Below are positions 49,500 through 59,976 of a stretch of DNA of 64,000 nt, piece after piece. Below the pieces are notes generated by a model. It saw nothing but the letters and a program-made list of their open reading frames with translations, ran no database searches and had not been told where the DNA came from. How positions within the stretch are numbered: the stretch's first letter is position 1; every line of letters starts with the position of its first letter. Position numbers and translations under genes: made by a program. This stretch comes from an uncultured bacterium (GTDB lineage Bacteria; Bacillota; Limnochordia; DTU080; JAAYLA01): the NCBI GenBank assembly GCA_937983075.1, contig CALKAQ010000031.1, forward strand, positions 1,717-65,716. The letters run 5' to 3'.

Positions 49500-50222
49500 A
49501 TGGCGACTATGCGTTTGCAAAAGGCTTTGGCTCAGGCTGGTGTCGCTTCACGGCGTGCGGCTGAAGCGTTGATCGCTGCAGGGCGAGTCAGTGTAGACGG
49601 GCAAATCGTGCGAGAGCTTGGCACCAAAGTCGATCCCCGACGCCAAGTGATCGCAGTGGACGGGCAGATCATACAGACCGAAGTTCAAGTGCATTATGCA
49701 CTCCACAAGCCAAGCGGTGTGGTCAGTACCGTGCGCGATCCGCAAGGGCGGCCTACAGTGCGTCAGCTCTTGCGTTCCGTCCCGCAGCGGATTTACCCCG
49801 TCGGTCGTCTCGATGCGGATACAACCGGCCTTTTGCTGCTGACCAATGATGGCGAGTTAGCCAACCGATTGATGCACCCGCGCTACGAAGTCAAAAAAGA
49901 GTATATCGCCACCGTGCGCGGCAGCGTATCCGACTCTGCTTTGGAGCGCCTGGCTGCGGGCATTGAATTGGATGACGGTCCGACTGCTCCGGCACGCGTG
50001 CGGCGGCTCGGCAAGAGCGCAGGCGCAACGCGGGTCAGCATCGAGATCCACGAAGGACGAAATCGGCAGGTCCGCCGCATGTTTGCTGCCGTCGGACATC
50101 CCGTGATCGCACTGCATCGAGTGCGTATCGGTCCCATCCGTCTTGGTCATCTTCCTCCTGGGGCTTATCGCCCGCTTACCCCCGATGAAATTCGCAAGCT
50201 GTACCAGCTGGTCGGCCTGTGA
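49500..50222 (+). CDS. rluB: Pseudouridine synthase, RluB/RsuA family, with S4 domain
   Basis: S4 RLQKALAQAGVASRR; catalytic YPVGRLDADTTGLLLLTNDG. Confidence 0.9.
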   Translation: MATMRLQKALAQAGVASRRAAEALIAAGRVSVDGQIVRELGTKVDPRRQVIAVDGQIIQTEVQVHYALHKPSGVVSTVRDPQGRPTVRQLLRSVPQRIYPVGRLDADTTGLLLLTNDGELANRLMHPRYEVKKEYIATVRGSVSDSALERLAAGIELDDGPTAPARVRRLGKSAGATRVSIEIHEGRNRQVRRMFAAVGHPVIALHRVRIGPIRLGHLPPGAYRPLTPDEIRKLYQLVGL

Positions 50223-50468
50223 ACCATCCGCTTTTCGTGGAAATAGGGTTTACGATATGACAGCGTTATGCTATATTTAACAGGTAATCACATAGCAGTG
50301 ACGGCCTCGTGCGCCCAGCTGGCAGGACGGTAGGATGGAAGTGGGCATTTCGATTCGGCGGCTGTCGAGTGCAGTACAGCTACGTGCACCCGCAGGATGC
50401 TGTTTTGTTTGAAACTTCCGGTTTCCCCATTTCACACCTATAACCGTACGTCATAGAACTCAGCGTGA

Positions 50469-50500
50469 TGCGACAGGCCGGTATGCCGAGTCGCTTTTTT
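50469..50500 (+). terminator. Intrinsic terminator 27 nt upstream of the HutP-family start codon (candidate attenuator)
   Basis: GCGAC-AGGCCGGTATGCCGA-GTCGC followed by TTTTTTATTTTT. Confidence 0.6.
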
Positions 50501-50526
50501 ATTTTTATAGGCTTGGGGGGATCACG

Positions 50527-50964
50527 TTGGAGCATAGTCTTAGCCGCATTACTGCCCGAGCCGCGCTTCGCTTGGCATTGACGAGCAGTCGTGAAGAAGA
50601 AAAAACTTTTCGGCAGGAGCTTGAAGCCGAAGGCATCAGGACGGCGGCGGCGGACTACGGCGGTGACTTTACGACCGCGGTCCGGAGCATTGTGGAGCGG
50701 GCCGTGGTGGCGGCCAAACGCGAGGGCGTTATTGAAGATACCCACCCCGACGAAGGGGCGGTTGCCGGGGCCGTTCACGAAGCTTTGGGACAAGTGCTGC
50801 CAAAAGCTTTCGGGTTGAACGTCGGCGGCAAAATCGGCATCGCACGCAAGGGAGAGCACATTGCGGTCGCCGTATACTTCGGAATTGGACTATTGCACTT
50901 GGACGATGTGGCGGTAGGCCTTGCGCATCGAGCCGTACCCGATGTTATGGCTGCAAACGAGTAA
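50527..50964 (+). CDS. HutP-family RNA-binding antiterminator-like protein
   Basis: 145 aa; GVIEDTHPDEGAVAGAVHEALGQV and GEHIAVAVYFGIG align with the Bacillus HutP core (from memory). Confidence 0.6.
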   Translation: MEHSLSRITARAALRLALTSSREEEKTFRQELEAEGIRTAAADYGGDFTTAVRSIVERAVVAAKREGVIEDTHPDEGAVAGAVHEALGQVLPKAFGLNVGGKIGIARKGEHIAVAVYFGIGLLHLDDVAVGLAHRAVPDVMAANE

Positions 50965-51048
50965 ATTCCGGCTTATGCCACTCATCAAGGTGGTCATAGG
51001 CGACGTCGATCTTTCAGCGAAAGCGTGAACCGACAGGGGTGAAACAAT

Positions 51049-51426
51049 GTGGCGGACATGCTGGTTGTCCGGGGAATCCGCGGGGCGATAACAGTGGATG
51101 CTGACGAGCCGGATCAGATTATCGCCGCTGCGCGCGAACTCGTCGAAGAGATGATTAGGGTGAACGATGTCGATATCGAGATGATCGCCAGCGTGGTGTT
51201 CTCGGCAACGCCAGACCTCAAATCGGCGTTTCCGGCTGTAGGCGGGCGCGAAGCGGGACTCACCAACGTGCCTTTGTTCTGCACCACGGAAATCGACGTA
51301 CCGGGCGCGCAGCCTCGCTGCTTGCGAGTGCTCATGCACGTCAACACGACTAAAAAGCAACATGAAATTCAGCATGTGTATTTGCGGGATGCAGTCAATC
51401 TCCGCCCTGACCTCGAGAGGAGATGA
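51049..51426 (+). CDS. aroH: Chorismate mutase, AroH class
   Basis: VRGIRGAITVDADE ... FSATPDL ... RVLMHVNT pattern of B. subtilis AroH. Confidence 0.85.
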   Translation: MADMLVVRGIRGAITVDADEPDQIIAAARELVEEMIRVNDVDIEMIASVVFSATPDLKSAFPAVGGREAGLTNVPLFCTTEIDVPGAQPRCLRVLMHVNTTKKQHEIQHVYLRDAVNLRPDLERR

Positions 51427-52544
51427 TGAGGATGCTGCGCCACCGACCGACTATTGAGCGTCTGACACCGTATTCACCTGGAAAGTCCATTCAAGAAGTT
51501 CAAGAGGCTTTCGGTCTCGAGTCCGTGGTAAAGTTGGCGTCCAATGAAAATCCATTGGGGCCGTCTCAACGGGCGCAATCGGCCGCCGAGGCGGCTCTGC
51601 GGGACATTCATCGTTATCCTGACGGTGCTCACCGCCGGTTGATTCGGCGCTTGGCATCGCATCTCGATGTACCCGAAGATTTCCTTGTCGTCGGCAATGG
51701 TTCCGATGAAGTTTTGAAACTCATCGGTGAAGCGTACCTGGATCCTGGCGACGAGGTTGTCTACGCGGATCCCACTTTTTCTGAGTACGCTTATGTGGCA
51801 CGTCTCTGTGGTGCCACGGAACGTGTGGTACCGCTTACATCCGACGAGCGCCACGATCTTCAGGCCATGGCTGAAGCCGTCAATCCTCGTACCAAGATCG
51901 TTTTCGTCTGCAACCCGAACAACCCGACGGGTACGATTGTTCACCACGACGAGCTTCAGTCGTTCTTAGACAAGTTGCCCGAAAGCATTCTGGTCGTCAT
52001 CGATGAAGCCTATTTTGAGTACGTCACCGACCCGCGTTATGCGGATACGGTAAGCTGGATTCGTGAAGGGCGCAACATCATTGTTTTGCGCACGTTTTCT
52101 AAAGTTTATGGGCTTGCCGGTTTGCGTGTCGGCTACGGAATTGGTTTGCCTGAAACGATCGCCATGGTGCGCCGTGTCAAAGAACCGTTTAATGTCAACA
52201 GCATTGCGCAGGCCGCTGCTGAAGCCGCTCTTGACGATGCCGACCACTTGCAGGCGAGCCTTCGTTTGAACAGCGAAGAACGCGAGCGCGTCTCAAGCCG
52301 CTTGCGGGAGCTCGGATTGCGTGTGACCCCGAGTCAAGCCAATTTCATTTGGGTTGAACTTGACGGCCCTGCCGATCCGGTTTATCGAGGACTGCTCCGG
52401 AGAGGCGTGATCGTGCGGTCCGGTGAAGCTTTCGGTCGGCCGAGGCACTTGCGCATCACCATTGGAACACCTCAGGAAAACGACTTGTTTTTGGACCTTT
52501 TGCCACAAGTGTTGTCGACGTTGGAAAGGAGTGCAACTTCATGA
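51423..52544 (+). CDS. hisC: Histidinol-phosphate aminotransferase
   Basis: [14 protein letters not shown]-lysine region [14 protein letters not shown]. Confidence 0.9.
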   Translation: MMRMLRHRPTIERLTPYSPGKSIQEVQEAFGLESVVKLASNENPLGPSQRAQSAAEAALRDIHRYPDGAHRRLIRRLASHLDVPEDFLVVGNGSDEVLKLIGEAYLDPGDEVVYADPTFSEYAYVARLCGATERVVPLTSDERHDLQAMAEAVNPRTKIVFVCNPNNPTGTIVHHDELQSFLDKLPESILVVIDEAYFEYVTDPRYADTVSWIREGRNIIVLRTFSKVYGLAGLRVGYGIGLPETIAMVRRVKEPFNVNSIAQAAAEAALDDADHLQASLRLNSEERERVSSRLRELGLRVTPSQANFIWVELDGPADPVYRGLLRRGVIVRSGEAFGRPRHLRITIGTPQENDLFLDLLPQVLSTLERSATS

Positions 52545-53554
52545 TCGTTGTTATGGAACCCGGAGCCTCACCCGAGAAGATAGAACGAGTGGTCCAGCGC
52601 TTAAAGGAGCTCGGCTTCGATACGCACCTTTCAGAAGGAGTTGAGCGCACCATCATCGGCGCCATCGGTCAGCGAACCGAAGAGAAAGTGTATCAAATCG
52701 AATCCATCGAAGGAGTCGAACGGACACTGCCGATTACTCAGCCATTTAAGCTTTCGGGCAAGGAATTCAAGGCGGAGCGGACTCAGGTGCGGGTCGGCGA
52801 CGTCGTCTTCGGTGGCGAGTTGGTGCCGGTCATCGCCGGTCCGTGTGCCGTGGAAAGCGAGGAGCAGATCATCGAAACCGCCCGGGCCGTGAAGGAGCAC
52901 GGTGCTCATTTGCTGCGCGGCGGTGCGTACAAGCCTCGCACGTCGCCGTACTCTTTTCAGGGATTGGAAGAGGACGGCCTCAAAATGCTGGCCGCCGCCC
53001 GTGCAGAAACGGGCTTGCCCGTTGTGACCGAAGTCGTCGATCCGAGAGACGTAGAGCTCGTTTGCGAATACGCTGACCTGCTGCAAGTAGGCGCCCGGAA
53101 CATGCAGAACTTCGCCCTCTTGAAAGAGTTGGGGCAGTGCAGGCATCCAGTGATGTTGAAGCGTGGTTTGGCGGCGACCATTTCGGAATGGCTCCAAGCG
53201 GCGGACTACATTATTTCGGGCGGCAACCGCAACGTGATCTTGTGTGAACGCGGGATTCGCACGTATGAAACCGAAACGCGCAACACGCTCGATCTCTCGG
53301 CCGTTCCGGCGGTACGCGAGCTTTCGCACTTGCCCATTGTGGTCGATCCGAGCCACGGAACCGGTAAATGGCGCTATGTAACGGCCATGGCGCGGGCCGG
53401 TGTAGCGGCCGGCGCGGACGGCATTATCGTTGAAGTGCATCCACGGCCGGAAGAGGCGGTTTCCGATGGTCCGCAGTCACTTCGCCCGGAGATCTTCGGT
53501 GAAATGATGCGTGAATTGCGAGCGGTAGCCTCAGCGGTCGGTCGACGGATATGA
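52541..53554 (+). CDS. 3-deoxy-7-phosphoheptulonate (DAHP) synthase, type I-beta with N-terminal ferredoxin-like regulatory domain
   Basis: [12 protein letters not shown] ... [11 protein letters not shown] ... catalytic barrel related to KDO8P synthase. Confidence 0.85.
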   Translation: MIVVMEPGASPEKIERVVQRLKELGFDTHLSEGVERTIIGAIGQRTEEKVYQIESIEGVERTLPITQPFKLSGKEFKAERTQVRVGDVVFGGELVPVIAGPCAVESEEQIIETARAVKEHGAHLLRGGAYKPRTSPYSFQGLEEDGLKMLAAARAETGLPVVTEVVDPRDVELVCEYADLLQVGARNMQNFALLKELGQCRHPVMLKRGLAATISEWLQAADYIISGGNRNVILCERGIRTYETETRNTLDLSAVPAVRELSHLPIVVDPSHGTGKWRYVTAMARAGVAAGADGIIVEVHPRPEEAVSDGPQSLRPEIFGEMMRELRAVASAVGRRI

Positions 53555-54738
53555 CGGAGATGTCGAACGGAGAGGAAGGGAGTCCGGATATGTCCACGTA
53601 TGATGCCGAGGAACCTAACTTCCAACACCACGTTGACTCGGGTTGGACGGTGGCGATCATAGGACTCGGATTAATTGGCGGCTCGCTGGGCATGGCTTGG
53701 CGAACCGCTCCTTCCGTTCGGCGAGTCATCGGTGTGGTCCGGCGTCCTGAAGCAGTCGATGAAGCGGTTGCTCTCGGTGCTTGTGACGAGGCGACGCTGG
53801 ATGCGCGGGCGGCGGCAGCACAAGCGGACATTGTCGTCGTCTGCACACCGATATCCTCTATTATATCGACGGTCAAGGACATTTTGCCGGCCGTCAGGCC
53901 GGGAACCATTATCACAGACGCCGGCAGCACGAAAGCAGCCGTGTGCAACGCTTTGTGGAGTGTATGTCCTTCTGGCGTTTACTTTATAGGCGGCCATCCG
54001 ATGGCCGGTTCGGAAAAAGACGGCATTCGTGCGGCCGACCCTTATTTATTTGAAAACGCGGTCTATGTATTGACACCGCATGCGGAACAGATCGGGTCAG
54101 AAGCCGTGGCGCGATTGACTCAGCTCGTCCGAGAGCTCGGAGCGCTGCCGATGTTGATGGATCCCGAACGGCACGACACCATTGTAGCTGCGGTGAGTCA
54201 TGTGCCTCACTTGGCGGCGGCCGCGCTTGTTCATGCTGTCGACCAGGTCAACCGTGAGGTGCCGGATACATTGACGCTGGCTGCTGGAGGGTTTCGCGAC
54301 ACCACGCGCATTGCCTCGGGACTGCCTTCGCTTTGGCGAGAAATTTGTTTGAGCAACCGCGAATCCATTAAGCAAGTGCTCCAGCGTTACATCCAGGTGC
54401 TGGAAGAAATGATGCGGAGCATCGATCAAGCAGACGGCGGTGCGCTGGAAGCGTTGTTGAAGCACGCCAGGGATGTCCGGCAGAAGGTCCCCAACCGCTC
54501 GAAGGGAATCATCGCTTCCTTATTCGAACTTGTAGTTGAGATGGTCGACAGGCCAGGAGAAATTGCCGCGGTGACAACGCTTCTCGCCAAGGAGCATGTC
54601 AACCTGATCGACATTGAAATTTTGCGTGTGCGCGAGGGCGAAGGGGGAACCGTTCGCCTTGGTTTTGAATCCGACACGGAGCGTGATCAGGCGATGAGGA
54701 TTCTGCGCGCTAACGGCTACCGTGCTCGAGCGAGATAA
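53551..54738 (+). CDS. tyrA: Prephenate dehydrogenase with C-terminal ACT domain
   Basis: [12 protein letters not shown] Rossmann motif, GHPMAGSE catalytic region, C-terminal ACT; start may be a downstream in-frame ATG. Confidence 0.85.
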   Translation: MTEMSNGEEGSPDMSTYDAEEPNFQHHVDSGWTVAIIGLGLIGGSLGMAWRTAPSVRRVIGVVRRPEAVDEAVALGACDEATLDARAAAAQADIVVVCTPISSIISTVKDILPAVRPGTIITDAGSTKAAVCNALWSVCPSGVYFIGGHPMAGSEKDGIRAADPYLFENAVYVLTPHAEQIGSEAVARLTQLVRELGALPMLMDPERHDTIVAAVSHVPHLAAAALVHAVDQVNREVPDTLTLAAGGFRDTTRIASGLPSLWREICLSNRESIKQVLQRYIQVLEEMMRSIDQADGGALEALLKHARDVRQKVPNRSKGIIASLFELVVEMVDRPGEIAAVTTLLAKEHVNLIDIEILRVREGEGGTVRLGFESDTERDQAMRILRANGYRARAR

Positions 54739-54768
54739 GAAGGACTATCCCCGGACGGGGAGAATTTA

Positions 54769-55545
54769 GTGGCGGATTTTCGAGGGCCGAATAGGATCAC
54801 GATGAGGTATGCAGCAATGAAGGAGGTCACACGATTGCCCGCGGAAGCAAAGGCGCTGGTTATCGCAGTCGACGGGCCAGCCGGGGCCGGCAAAAGCACG
54901 GTGGCCCAAGCGGTTGCCAAGCGTCTCGGCTACGTATATATCGATACCGGGGCAATGTACCGTGCGCTGACTTTGCAGGCGGCACGATGCGGGGTTTCAC
55001 CTGAAGACGGCCAAGGGTTGGTTCGTCTTTTGCAAAACACGGATATTCGCCTTGTGAACCATCCGGATGACAAAGGAAAAAACCGCGTGTTGTTAAACGG
55101 AGAAGACGTCACTGAGGCCATTCGCTCGCCCGATGTGTCGCAAGCCGTATCAAAAGTTGCTTCCCATCCGGAAGTTCGCAAGCATATGGTAAGAATGCAG
55201 CAAGCGCTGGCGGCCGAGGGCGGTGTGGTGATGGACGGTCGAGACATCGGAACCACCGTGCTTCCCAACGCCGAGTTGAAGGTGTACTTAACTGCAGACG
55301 CAAGTGCGCGGGCTGAGCGTCGCTGGCGCGAACTCCGTGCGGCAGGACACGATGCCGATCTCGAAGACGTTTACAAGTCCATTCTCGAACGGGACCGGCA
55401 AGACAAGGAGCGAGCCGAATCGCCGCTGCGTGCGGCGGACGACGCCGTAGTCATCGATTCGACCAACTGCCCGATCGACGAAGTGGTCAATAAAGTGTTG
55501 GAACTCGTAGCGGAACGAACGAGCCAACATGCTTCAGGGAGGTGA
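54769..55545 (+). CDS. cmk: Cytidylate kinase
   Basis: IAVDGPAGAGKSTVA P-loop; start uncertain (in-frame ATGs at 54802 and 54817). Confidence 0.85.
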   Translation: MADFRGPNRITMRYAAMKEVTRLPAEAKALVIAVDGPAGAGKSTVAQAVAKRLGYVYIDTGAMYRALTLQAARCGVSPEDGQGLVRLLQNTDIRLVNHPDDKGKNRVLLNGEDVTEAIRSPDVSQAVSKVASHPEVRKHMVRMQQALAAEGGVVMDGRDIGTTVLPNAELKVYLTADASARAERRWRELRAAGHDADLEDVYKSILERDRQDKERAESPLRAADDAVVIDSTNCPIDEVVNKVLELVAERTSQHASGR

Positions 55546-56213
55546 GAGGGATGTTGCTGTACCGTTTCGCGCGTGCGTTTTGTCGAGCCTATTTTGCTCT
55601 GAGATACGGCTGCCGCATTGAAGGGCTCGAAAACATCCCGTCGGAAGGCCCCGTCATTCTCGTAGCTAATCATATCAGCTATCTCGATCCGCCGCTTATG
55701 GGGGCTGCCGTGGAGCGCCCGGTTTATTTCATGGCGAAAGCCGAACTGTTTCGCAACCGTTTGATCGCCAAGATTTTGCACCGGTTCAACGCTTTCCCGG
55801 TTGAAAGGGGCGCGGCGGACCGCAAGGCCATTCGCCGTTCGCTCGAAGTTTTATCGGAAGGAAATGTTTTGGTGATGTTTCCGGAAGGAACTCGGAGCCG
55901 CACGGGCGAACTCCTGCCAGGACAAAGCGGCGTGGCCATGCTCGCTTTAAGGAGTCGGGCCACCGTCATTCCGGCCGGTATTTCCGGAACGTCGAAAGAG
56001 GACAGAAAATTGCATCCTCCAACCGGTCGGCCCATCATTGCTCTTCATTTCGGACCTCCGGTTCCTCTCGACGACTTATACGAGGCAGAAGATCGGCGTG
56101 GTGCCATGCGCGAAGCGGTCGACAGGGTAATGAAAGCCATTCGAAATCAGGTGAAAATTTCCCAACAAGGCAGGATTCCTGTTGCAAACGTCGAACGAGA
56201 ACAGCGTGTATGA
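55542..56213 (+). CDS. plsC: 1-acyl-sn-glycerol-3-phosphate acyltransferase
   Basis: NHISYLD (HX4D) and FPEGTRS motifs. Confidence 0.85.
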   Translation: MRGMLLYRFARAFCRAYFALRYGCRIEGLENIPSEGPVILVANHISYLDPPLMGAAVERPVYFMAKAELFRNRLIAKILHRFNAFPVERGAADRKAIRRSLEVLSEGNVLVMFPEGTRSRTGELLPGQSGVAMLALRSRATVIPAGISGTSKEDRKLHPPTGRPIIALHFGPPVPLDDLYEAEDRRGAMREAVDRVMKAIRNQVKISQQGRIPVANVEREQRV

Positions 56214-56484
56214 TATTGGCAGGCATAGCCCCGCTCATGGGCAGCGCCTTGCCGTTGCATACTACAATGGATCGAAAGACCGAATTGTCACGGCAGACAC
56301 CAGCAATTTGCACCCATTGATTCGAAACCGTCAGCCAAGGATCTTCCGATCCAAAGGGATTACGGCACATCGGTTTCAATGAGCAGCTGCCATGGGATTG
56401 CATGCACCCATGGAAAGCTTTTATTCTTTTCGCAGTACTTGTGCATGCGAGTTTGTGTTCGATGTTAGGAGGTACATTTGAACT

Positions 56485-57915
56485 ATGACGGAAAACCACG
56501 AGGAGCGCGCGCGTCAATCCCAGGTGGCGGCTGCCAAAGAAACTGAGGAAGCGCTTCAGGCGGTTGCGTCTGAAGACAATCCGATCGAAGAGGCTGACGT
56601 GACGCCGCAGGGCGAGGCCCAATCCGAGGAAGCCCCTGCCGGGGATAACGATGCCTCGTTGACGGATGCGCCCCATGTCGCGGACACGGGTGCATCAACT
56701 GATGAGGGAGAAGTTTCCCCTTCTATCGACCAAAGCCAACAAATGCAAGAGTACGACCAAACGTTCATCGAGCTCGAGCCTGGCACGATTATCCGGGGCA
56801 AGGTCGTACAAATCAGCAACGACGAAGTCATGGTCGATGTCGGCTACAAATCAGAGGGACGCATTCCTCTCCATGAATTGGGTCTCAGGCCGGGTGAGAC
56901 GCCTGACAGCGTTCTCTCCGTGGGTGACGAAATCGACGTCTACATTCTCAAGGTAGAAGACGCTGAGGGCAACGTCCTTCTCTCGAAGAGACGTGCGGAC
57001 GCACGCGCGGCTTGGGAAAAGTTGACCGCTCTCAAGGAAAGCGGCGGAGTCATTGAAGCCGTGGTAACGGAACGTGTAAAGGGCGGTCTTCTCGTCGACG
57101 TTGGCGTCCGTGGATTTGTACCCGCCTCCCACGTCGATCGCAACTATGTTGAGGATCTTGAAAGCTATGTCGGCCAGACAATTCGCATGAAAGTGATCGA
57201 GCTCGACCGACAGCGCAACAATGTCGTCCTCTCGAGAAAAGAAGTTATCGAAGAAGAGTATGAGCGGGCCAAGGAGGAAGCCTTCAGCACGCTGCGTGAA
57301 GGCGATATCGTTAAAGGCGTCGTCCGCCGCCTTACGGATTTCGGTGCGTTCGTCGATATTGGCGGTGGCGTCGAAGGTTTGCTGCACGTATCCGAAATGG
57401 GATGGAGCCGTGTCGAGCATCCGCGTGACGTCCTGTCCGAAGGCGACGAAATCAATGTCATGGTGCTCGCTGTTGACAAAGAAAAGGAACGCATCTCCTT
57501 GAGCCTGAAAGAAACGCTCCCCGATCCGTGGGACACGGTCGACGAGCGATTCCATGTCGGCGACATCGTCGAGGCTACCGTTACACGGGTTGTTGACTTC
57601 GGTGCATTCGTCAAGCTCGAAGACGGTGTCGAAGGTTTGGTTCACATTTCCCAACTGGCCAATCGGCACGTGAACACACCGTCGGAAGTCGTTCAACCCG
57701 GTGATGAAGTCAAAGTCAAGATCGTCAGCCTTGACAAAGCGGCCCGGCGAATCGGCTTGAGCATCAAAGACGCGCAGCCGAAGCCGCAGCGCCAAGAAAA
57801 GGCGCCTCGTGAACAAACGTTCAGCGATCCGAATCGCGATGATTCGATTACTCTGGGCGACGTTTTCGAAGACTTGCAAAGCTATTTCCGCACCGTTGAC
57901 AGTGACGACAATTAA
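56485..57915 (+). CDS. rpsA: 30S ribosomal protein S1 homolog (four S1 domains) with 86-aa acidic N-terminal extension
   Basis: S1 repeats GxV...DxGAFV; ATG 56485 has AGGAGG 12 nt upstream; B. subtilis YpfD aligns from internal Met87. Confidence 0.85.
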   Translation: MTENHEERARQSQVAAAKETEEALQAVASEDNPIEEADVTPQGEAQSEEAPAGDNDASLTDAPHVADTGASTDEGEVSPSIDQSQQMQEYDQTFIELEPGTIIRGKVVQISNDEVMVDVGYKSEGRIPLHELGLRPGETPDSVLSVGDEIDVYILKVEDAEGNVLLSKRRADARAAWEKLTALKESGGVIEAVVTERVKGGLLVDVGVRGFVPASHVDRNYVEDLESYVGQTIRMKVIELDRQRNNVVLSRKEVIEEEYERAKEEAFSTLREGDIVKGVVRRLTDFGAFVDIGGGVEGLLHVSEMGWSRVEHPRDVLSEGDEINVMVLAVDKEKERISLSLKETLPDPWDTVDERFHVGDIVEATVTRVVDFGAFVKLEDGVEGLVHISQLANRHVNTPSEVVQPGDEVKVKIVSLDKAARRIGLSIKDAQPKPQRQEKAPREQTFSDPNRDDSITLGDVFEDLQSYFRTVDSDDN

Positions 57916-57965
57916 GCACTTGAACGATACGACAACCGTCTAGAGAACCATCTTAAGGCGTACAA

Positions 57966-58004
57966 GGCCGGAAACCCCATATTCGGGTGGGGTTCCGGCC
58001 TTTT
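57966..58004 (+). terminator. Rho-independent terminator after rpsA
   Basis: GGCCGGAAACCCC-ATATTCGG-GTGGGGTTCCGGCC followed by TTTTCG. Confidence 0.8.
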
Positions 58005-58071
58005 CGCGCGCATAGCGCGAGTGGAGTGGTGACAGGATAAGAGCGGTTCTAATGGGAGAAGAGGTGTTCAC

Positions 58072-58782
58072 ATGCCTTGGGGACTGCTCTTACTGTTTGC
58101 GTTGGCCGCAATCATCTTTTTCGGACTCGCAGAGCGAGTCTTGGATCGCATGCGGTTGACGGACATCCAAGCTTTGGTGTTCATCGGTTTGATGATCGCA
58201 GGAAGTTATATCGAGATTCCCTTTTTCCGGGGATCCAGCCTCAACGTCGGTGGTGCTCTCGTACCACTTGGACTGGTGATTTATTTATTGTCTCGCGCGG
58301 GAACACCCCGTGAACGCTGGCGAGCCGTCATCGCCGCCGTCATCACCGGCATCGCCGTCCTCGCCGTTGGCATGCTCATGCCGAATGCGCCTCATACCGG
58401 TTCCATGATGTTGATCGATCCGGTCTGGCTCTTCGGTATTACCGCCGGGATAGTCGGCTACTTGTCCGGTCGATCGAGGCGATCGGCTTTCATTGCCGGT
58501 GTGGGTGGCATTTTATTGGCCGATTTGTTCGACGTATTGGTGCGCGGCGCTGCCACGGAGATCGGCGGTGCCGGCATGTTCGATCAAATCGTATTGGCGG
58601 GGATCATCGCGGTCGGTCTCGCTGAGCTGATCGGTGAATCGCGTGAGCGGTTGCAAGGGGGACCGGAACAAGAAACGGAGCGTCCGCTAGCATTGCGGCA
58701 AGAAGATAAGGTGGAGGCGAACGTTGTTACGGATGGCCATGTCGGGGAGAGTGGTGCGGATGACGATGACAAGCCGAATTAA
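58072..58782 (+). CDS. Hypothetical integral membrane protein (DUF1614-like) with acidic C-terminal tail
   Basis: Multiple TM segments; precedes the SpoIIP-family gene. Confidence 0.5.
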   Translation: MPWGLLLLFALAAIIFFGLAERVLDRMRLTDIQALVFIGLMIAGSYIEIPFFRGSSLNVGGALVPLGLVIYLLSRAGTPRERWRAVIAAVITGIAVLAVGMLMPNAPHTGSMMLIDPVWLFGITAGIVGYLSGRSRRSAFIAGVGGILLADLFDVLVRGAATEIGGAGMFDQIVLAGIIAVGLAELIGESRERLQGGPEQETERPLALRQEDKVEANVVTDGHVGESGADDDDKPN

Positions 58783-59947
58783 GCGCTTCGGGATGATCGG
58801 GAGCCTCGTTGCTTTGACGTTGTGGTACGGTGCGGCGGCTCCCGGACTTGCACAAGCCGATTCGTTGGTTGACATACCCCCCTTGCCGTCCGGTGTAGGT
58901 GAAGAGCTCGGACACGACATCAACACGGTGTTGGATTTGGTTGATGAGGCGGGGCGGTTGATCACGCAGACATCACTCAGCCTCGCGGTGGGCGATACGT
59001 ATATCAATCAAAACAACGAACTGTATGAAATCGTGGCGATTGAGGGCAGTGAAGCACGTGTCGAACTGCGCGGACAAGTTGAAATGCCCGATGTGAGCGA
59101 TGTCTTCCCCTTGGAGCGGACGCCGACGTTTTTGGATCGCGTCGTACGGGCCTTGCCGCTTCAAGCACGATCCAACCGTGGCACGATTGCCATTTACCAT
59201 TCCCACGGAGCTGAATCGTATGAACCGACGAGCGGGACAGCCTTTGACGAAAACGGCGGCGACGTTCTTCTTGTCGGTCAAGCCTTAAAGGAAGCGTTGG
59301 AAAGACAAGGGTACCACGTCGTCTTTTCCGATGAGCTTCACACGCCGCACGACGGCGGAGCGTATCAACGCTCACGTCGGACCGTGGCTGAGCTGAACCA
59401 AGAAGCGAATCCGGTGACCATGGTCGATGTTCATCGAGACGGCGTGCCAGATCCGAACATGTATCGAACGGAAGTCAATGGCGTGCCGATGACCGGCGTG
59501 CGGCTCGTCGTCGGGCGGCAAAATCAAAATCGCGACGCAAACCTCGAATATGCCAAACGGATTAAGGCCATTGCGGACGAGGAGTACCCGAATTTGATCA
59601 CAGGGATCTTCCATGCCCAGGGCAACTACAATCAGGATTTCGGGCCGCGCATGATCTTGATGGAGTTTGGCACTCACCTGACTTCGCTCGAAGAAGCACA
59701 ACGTTCCGCAGAGCTCATTGCTCGGGTTCTGCCCGCGGCAGCCGGCTTGGCTCCGGGTACCGGAGCCGCAGCAGGGTCACAAATCGGCCAAGCAGCGTTG
59801 ACGACGTTTTATTGGCTTCTCGGGCTTGCGGCTGTGGGAACTCTTGCGTGGCTGTGGATGAACCGAGAAGGACTGGGACTCGACAAATACTTGAGACGAT
59901 TGGGGATACGCGGGGGAGATCAAGGCGATCGAGACAACCATGAATAA
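58760..59947 (+). CDS. SpoIIP-family protein (stage II sporulation protein P-like), second paralog
   Basis: Signal peptide ...AAAPGLAQA; IAIYHSHGAESYEP ... MVDVHRD ... GNYNQD motifs; ATG 58760 after GGGAGAG; C-terminal TM. Confidence 0.7.
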   Translation: MTMTSRIKRFGMIGSLVALTLWYGAAAPGLAQADSLVDIPPLPSGVGEELGHDINTVLDLVDEAGRLITQTSLSLAVGDTYINQNNELYEIVAIEGSEARVELRGQVEMPDVSDVFPLERTPTFLDRVVRALPLQARSNRGTIAIYHSHGAESYEPTSGTAFDENGGDVLLVGQALKEALERQGYHVVFSDELHTPHDGGAYQRSRRTVAELNQEANPVTMVDVHRDGVPDPNMYRTEVNGVPMTGVRLVVGRQNQNRDANLEYAKRIKAIADEEYPNLITGIFHAQGNYNQDFGPRMILMEFGTHLTSLEEAQRSAELIARVLPAAAGLAPGTGAAAGSQIGQAALTTFYWLLGLAAVGTLAWLWMNREGLGLDKYLRRLGIRGGDQGDRDNHE

Positions 59948-59976
59948 AACGTAAGACAGGCAAACCTCATGGGGGG

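Noticed and set aside
50223-50526. T-box leader for the aromatic amino-acid cluster
   Set aside because: The terminator is present but there is no T-box core sequence or K-turn/AGAGA elements. Retained as an unclassified attenuator candidate instead.
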